Assembly (NCBI GenBank): GCA_048939995.1
Contig: JBHLOY010000001.1
Location: 192,001 to 256,000, forward strand
Length of the DNA: 64,000 nt
From: Promethearchaeota archaeon
GTDB taxonomy: Archaea; Asgardarchaeota; Lokiarchaeia; Sigyniarchaeales; SOKP01
Direction: 5' to 3'
Part shown: piece after piece, positions 60,421 to 64,000 of the stretch
Layout: every line of letters begins with the position of its first letter
How positions within the stretch are numbered: the first letter of the stretch is position 1
Notes under the pieces: model-generated
Told to the model about the DNA's origin: nothing
What the model saw: only the letters and a program-made list of their open reading frames with translations
Database searches by the model: none
Program-made: the position numbers and the translations under genes

Positions 60421-61902
60421 TTATTTATTTATTATATTTAGAATTTCAGAAGTGCTCACTCTAAATTGATCCATAGAATCTCTATTTCGAATTGTGACTG
60501 TGTTATCTTCAAGAGATTGATAATCTATAGTTATGCAAAATGGAGTTCCTAATTCATCTTGTCTACGATATCTCTTTCCAATAGAACCTGATTCATCATA
60601 AAAAGATTTAATACGATGCTCAAGCAAATTTCGATGAATTTTTAAGGCTAGATTTCTTATGTTTTCCTTGTTTTTTACTAATGGAAAGACTGCTATAGTA
60701 TTAGGTGCTAATTCCTTCTCTAATTTTAGATTTATTCTGCCATCTTCTACATTGAATGCATTTTCCAGTAATGTATACATAATTCGATCGATTCCAAAAG
60801 CGATTTCAAGAATTTGTGGTATTTCTTTTATATTTGGATCGAGCCCCATACTTACTTTGAAATCTTGTTTTGAATATTCTGCATGTCTTTGTAAATCGTA
60901 ATCAGTTCGATCATGAACACCACAGATCTCAACCCACCCAAATTGATTAGTTTTTATTTCTAAGTCCCAAGCATCATCAGCATAGTGAGCCCTCTCATGT
61001 GGGGAGTGTTGTCTATATCTTATTGAGTTATCAGGAATTCCTATTTTCTGTGTTAAATAGTAGCCCAAAAAGAGACAATATGCGAAAGCAGGTTTCTTAA
61101 TTATTCCATTTTTTATTGCTTGTTCAAGAGAGATTAATTTTGGAGCTTCCAACTTTTTTTCTTGAAGTTTCCAATCTAAAAGGGGTAATTTGTTATTTTC
61201 TACCTCTCGATAATCTTCAAAATCCATTTCTTGCTCTTTACCTATAAATAATTGAAGTTCGAGTTGATCAAAAGCCCTCATTCTTAATATTAATTGTCTT
61301 GGAGAGATTTCATTTCTATATGCTTTTCCAAATTGATATATCTTAATGGGATATTGCCTTCTAGCATCTTGGTTTAATCGATTGAAAAGTAAGTATGTTG
61401 TAGTAGCAGTTTCAGGCCTTAAGTATGCAATTGAATCATTTCCGATTACAGTTTTAAGCATTAAATTATATTCTTCAATTTTTTGAAAAGCTTTACCACA
61501 TTTTGGGCATGAGATGTTATTCTTTTTTATTAAATCTTCCATTTTTTCTATTGAGAGGCCGTCAATCATAGTTCCCGGGAGAACATCTTGAAGTAAATTA
61601 TCTACCCTATAGAGAGAATTGCAATCTTTACATTTTACTACTGGATCTATAAAACGGTCTAGATGGCCTGAAGCACTCCATACGATTTCAGGCATAATCG
61701 TAGGGCATTCAACTTCTCCAAATCCAAAATATCTCAATTCTCTTCTAAACATTGACAAGATATTGTTTTTTAATTCCATTCCCGCCGGACCATATGAATA
61801 AAAACCAGCTAAACCACCATAAATCTCGGGACTGGGGCCCCATATGAATCCTCTTCGTTTTAATAATGAATTAAAAGTTTCGATATTATCATCTATTTTC
61901 AT
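60421..61902 (-). CDS. glyS: Glycyl-tRNA synthetase (alpha2, archaeal/eukaryotic type)
   Basis: EIYGG, YLRPETA, RNEISPR, RAHYA, RTDYDL, SIGKRYRRQDELGTP. Confidence 0.96.
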   Translation of the reverse strand: MKIDDNIETFNSLLKRRGFIWGPSPEIYGGLAGFYSYGPAGMELKNNILSMFRRELRYFGFGEVECPTIMPEIVWSASGHLDRFIDPVVKCKDCNSLYRVDNLLQDVLPGTMIDGLSIEKMEDLIKKNNISCPKCGKAFQKIEEYNLMLKTVIGNDSIAYLRPETATTTYLLFNRLNQDARRQYPIKIYQFGKAYRNEISPRQLILRMRAFDQLELQLFIGKEQEMDFEDYREVENNKLPLLDWKLQEKKLEAPKLISLEQAIKNGIIKKPAFAYCLFLGYYLTQKIGIPDNSIRYRQHSPHERAHYADDAWDLEIKTNQFGWVEICGVHDRTDYDLQRHAEYSKQDFKVSMGLDPNIKEIPQILEIAFGIDRIMYTLLENAFNVEDGRINLKLEKELAPNTIAVFPLVKNKENIRNLALKIHRNLLEHRIKSFYDESGSIGKRYRRQDELGTPFCITIDYQSLEDNTVTIRNRDSMDQFRVSTSEILNIINK

Positions 61903-62064
61903 TTTATCTCTATTCTCTTCTTGTATTGATTTTAGAAATTTTTAATTATATTTGTATTTTAAGAATTCAAGATATCTATTCTAATAATATAAATTTTTAT
62001 ATAACTAAAAGATAGTATTATTATAATTTAAGTTGAAATAACAAAATAATTATTACTGATAATT

Positions 62065-62916
62065 ATGATATTTCAAGATTTCCAATTTTTTGATATTTGG
62101 GATGCAATTGAATCGGGATTATATTATGTAATAGTAGGATATTATTTTCTAATTTTTGCCTACTTCTTATTGATGAGATTTAGAACTTCAAAGAAATACT
62201 TTTGGTTATATTTTTCAATTTTATTTTTATGCTTAGCAGGTGGACGTGTTTTTTTCATAGTATATTATTTTTATGCACCCGAACTGGAAGGCTTTATTTC
62301 TAACACTGAACTTGTCAATTTATTAATGATAGAATATCGTTTAGCAACATTTTCAACCTGGTTAGGGATTGCTAGTTTAATGGGAGTATTTGGAATTCTA
62401 ATCTTTCCTCCACTAACTGGAGCTGAAGTAGCAACTAATAAAGAAGGATTTAAGGAAGATTTTAAAAGATTTACAGAGAATAAGAAAGTAAGATTTTTCT
62501 TCAAAATTTTTTTAATAATAATTCCAATCATAATAGGTATACTTGCTTTAACTCTACCAGATTCACTATTTATGGATCCAGACTTTGTAGATAGATATGG
62601 GGTTGATCCAAATAGTTTGGTGGTCATATTTGGATATCCTGCTGGAAGAGCTGTATTGAATTTCATTTTATTGCCTGTTTTTGTTGCAATCATTCCGTTC
62701 TTATTTATAAATCTTGCGATAAGGACTTTTGGTGTTCTGCGGAGATCTTATGCTTTAAATGCCATTGGGTTTCTTATTTATTTTATTGGTCGAATACTTC
62801 AAGGTGTTCTCGATACTTTCGAATGGCATCATGTAAGGGCGGTTTTACCTCCATTGCTTATATTACTTTCATTGTTAATTATCGTTATAGCCAATAACTA
62901 TGAACAATTAAGATAA
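62065..62916 (+). CDS. Multi-pass (about 7 TM) membrane protein
   Basis: Seven hydrophobic segments; no enzymatic motif. Confidence 0.65.
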   Translation: MIFQDFQFFDIWDAIESGLYYVIVGYYFLIFAYFLLMRFRTSKKYFWLYFSILFLCLAGGRVFFIVYYFYAPELEGFISNTELVNLLMIEYRLATFSTWLGIASLMGVFGILIFPPLTGAEVATNKEGFKEDFKRFTENKKVRFFFKIFLIIIPIIIGILALTLPDSLFMDPDFVDRYGVDPNSLVVIFGYPAGRAVLNFILLPVFVAIIPFLFINLAIRTFGVLRRSYALNAIGFLIYFIGRILQGVLDTFEWHHVRAVLPPLLILLSLLIIVIANNYEQLR

Positions 62917-63005
62917 ATTTTTTCCTAAAAAAATAAAATTTTTAGTAATAATTAATTTGGTATTTTTAACCCCTATTATTAAATATAGTTCAAGAGGCTT
63001 ATTTT

Positions 63006-64000
63006 ATGTCAATTCATGGAAATCAATATATTTTACCGTTATTCAACACCCCACCAACTATAGCTCCAATTAAAGAAAATGATGAATTAGCTTTAGCATT
63101 TTATCTGTTATCGAAAAATCTACAACCTTATGAAAAGGCTATTTCCTTTTCAAGATTATTATGGCCTTTTTTGTGTATTCAAGGCGTAATTGGTACGCAT
63201 ATCATTTTGGATGGTATTAAGGTATTTATTAAAAAAGGAAAACTAACAAATCCACCACGTCAACCTCTAATTGGGCATATTCTAAGAAATATTGATAATA
63301 GATCAGAAATTGAGCAGTTAAATAAAATAAAAGAGATCTTAGTGTATAAAGATGTGGGTGCAGAGGAGATCGGAAAGGGAGAAGAGTCTGAGTTCCAAGA
63401 ACTTCAAATCAATGGTTTGGTTAACCCAGATTTTCTTCAATCGCTAGTACAACTCATCAATCTAGTAGAATACAAACCAGTTTCAGAATATATGCCATTA
63501 GATTATGGATTGTCTACCGAAGAAGCTTTGGATGTAGCTGATAAGTACAGAAATTTGATTGATTATATGAAAGGAAATGCATATAGATGGATTACTCAAA
63601 TAGAATTAATTGAGAGGGAGGTTGAAAAATGGTTGATAAACTTAAATGTTAAATTAAAGGATCTCAAAACTAGATTTACATCACAGATAACTAAAACATC
63701 TCAAATAATCGATGCTAATCAGATAAAAGAACTAATTGCTTTAGAGAGTGATAAAATTGACCAATGGAAGGTTAATGAAAAAAAAAACATAATCGAAAAT
63801 ATATCGGTTTTATTTAAAACAATAGAAAGACAGCTTGAAGAGATTATTAAAAAAAATAAATTATTTACTAATACAGAAACTTTGAAAACTAAAGTTTTTG
63901 AAGATATTACAGATTCTTTTGAAAATCATTTTGCCTTTTTATTAGATCAAGGTAATAAATTTTTGGAAGATGTAAATTCTCTTACTGCTAAATATATGGA
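63006..64000 (+). CDS. Partial hypothetical protein, becoming coiled-coil (runs off the window)
   Basis: ATG 63006, MSIHGNQYILPLF...LLWPF..., open to the window end. Confidence 0.7.
   Translation, partial: MSIHGNQYILPLFNTPPTIAPIKENDELALAFYLLSKNLQPYEKAISFSRLLWPFLCIQGVIGTHIILDGIKVFIKKGKLTNPPRQPLIGHILRNIDNRSEIEQLNKIKEILVYKDVGAEEIGKGEESEFQELQINGLVNPDFLQSLVQLINLVEYKPVSEYMPLDYGLSTEEALDVADKYRNLIDYMKGNAYRWITQIELIEREVEKWLINLNVKLKDLKTRFTSQITKTSQIIDANQIKELIALESDKIDQWKVNEKKNIIENISVLFKTIERQLEEIIKKNKLFTNTETLKTKVFEDITDSFENHFAFLLDQGNKFLEDVNSLTAKYM

Noticed and set aside
7455-62693. Short overlapping ORFs in the track (7455, 15698, 15908, 20224, 21304, 22196, 24705, 25553, 28134, 30430, 33643, 34142, 36020, 37979, 43870, 47447, 52988, 54402, 60112, 60659, 61619, 62271)
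   Set aside because: They are antisense or alternate-frame shadows of well-supported genes and show no family motifs.
1-64000. CRISPR array, rRNA/tRNA genes, transposases, integrases
   Set aside because: I saw no regularly spaced repeats, GC-rich structural RNA blocks or mobile-element proteins. A small or intron-split RNA could be missed by eye.

Overview
AT-rich, gene-dense archaeal chromosome segment, very probably from an Asgard archaeon (Lokiarchaeia-like). Archaeal core genes: HMf-type histone, the pus10-rpl21e-rpo4-DUF655-ksgA-hemK operon, rpl35ae, NurA, XPD, RecJ-like DHH, beta-CASP RNase, alpha2-type GlyRS, AroB-II, and mch/mtd/ftr. Eukaryotic-signature proteins: three Rab-like GTPases, a RagA/Gtr1-like GTPase-roadblock fusion, a roadblock protein, a longin-like protein, an ESCRT-III/Snf7 protein and a eukaryote-like presenilin. 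Metabolic genes: glycine cleavage T/H/P1/P2, purine salvage, glycogen synthase and QueC/QueD. I saw no rRNA, tRNA, CRISPR array or transposase. Main leads: (1) several conserved genes apparently must start at non-NTG codons (ATA/ATC/ATT, possibly ACG/CTA) behind Shine-Dalgarno-like motifs; (2) a stand-alone ESCRT-III gene converging on a Zn-finger/PH/low-complexity/steadiness-box-like protein; (3) a nucleotide kinase ending in a PCNA-binding PIP-box-like motif; (4) an SDR-QueC fusion opposite queD; (5) a glycine-cleavage/methanopterin-C1/purine-salvage cluster with an embedded Rag GTPase. All family calls are by motif recognition by eye; no database searches were run.
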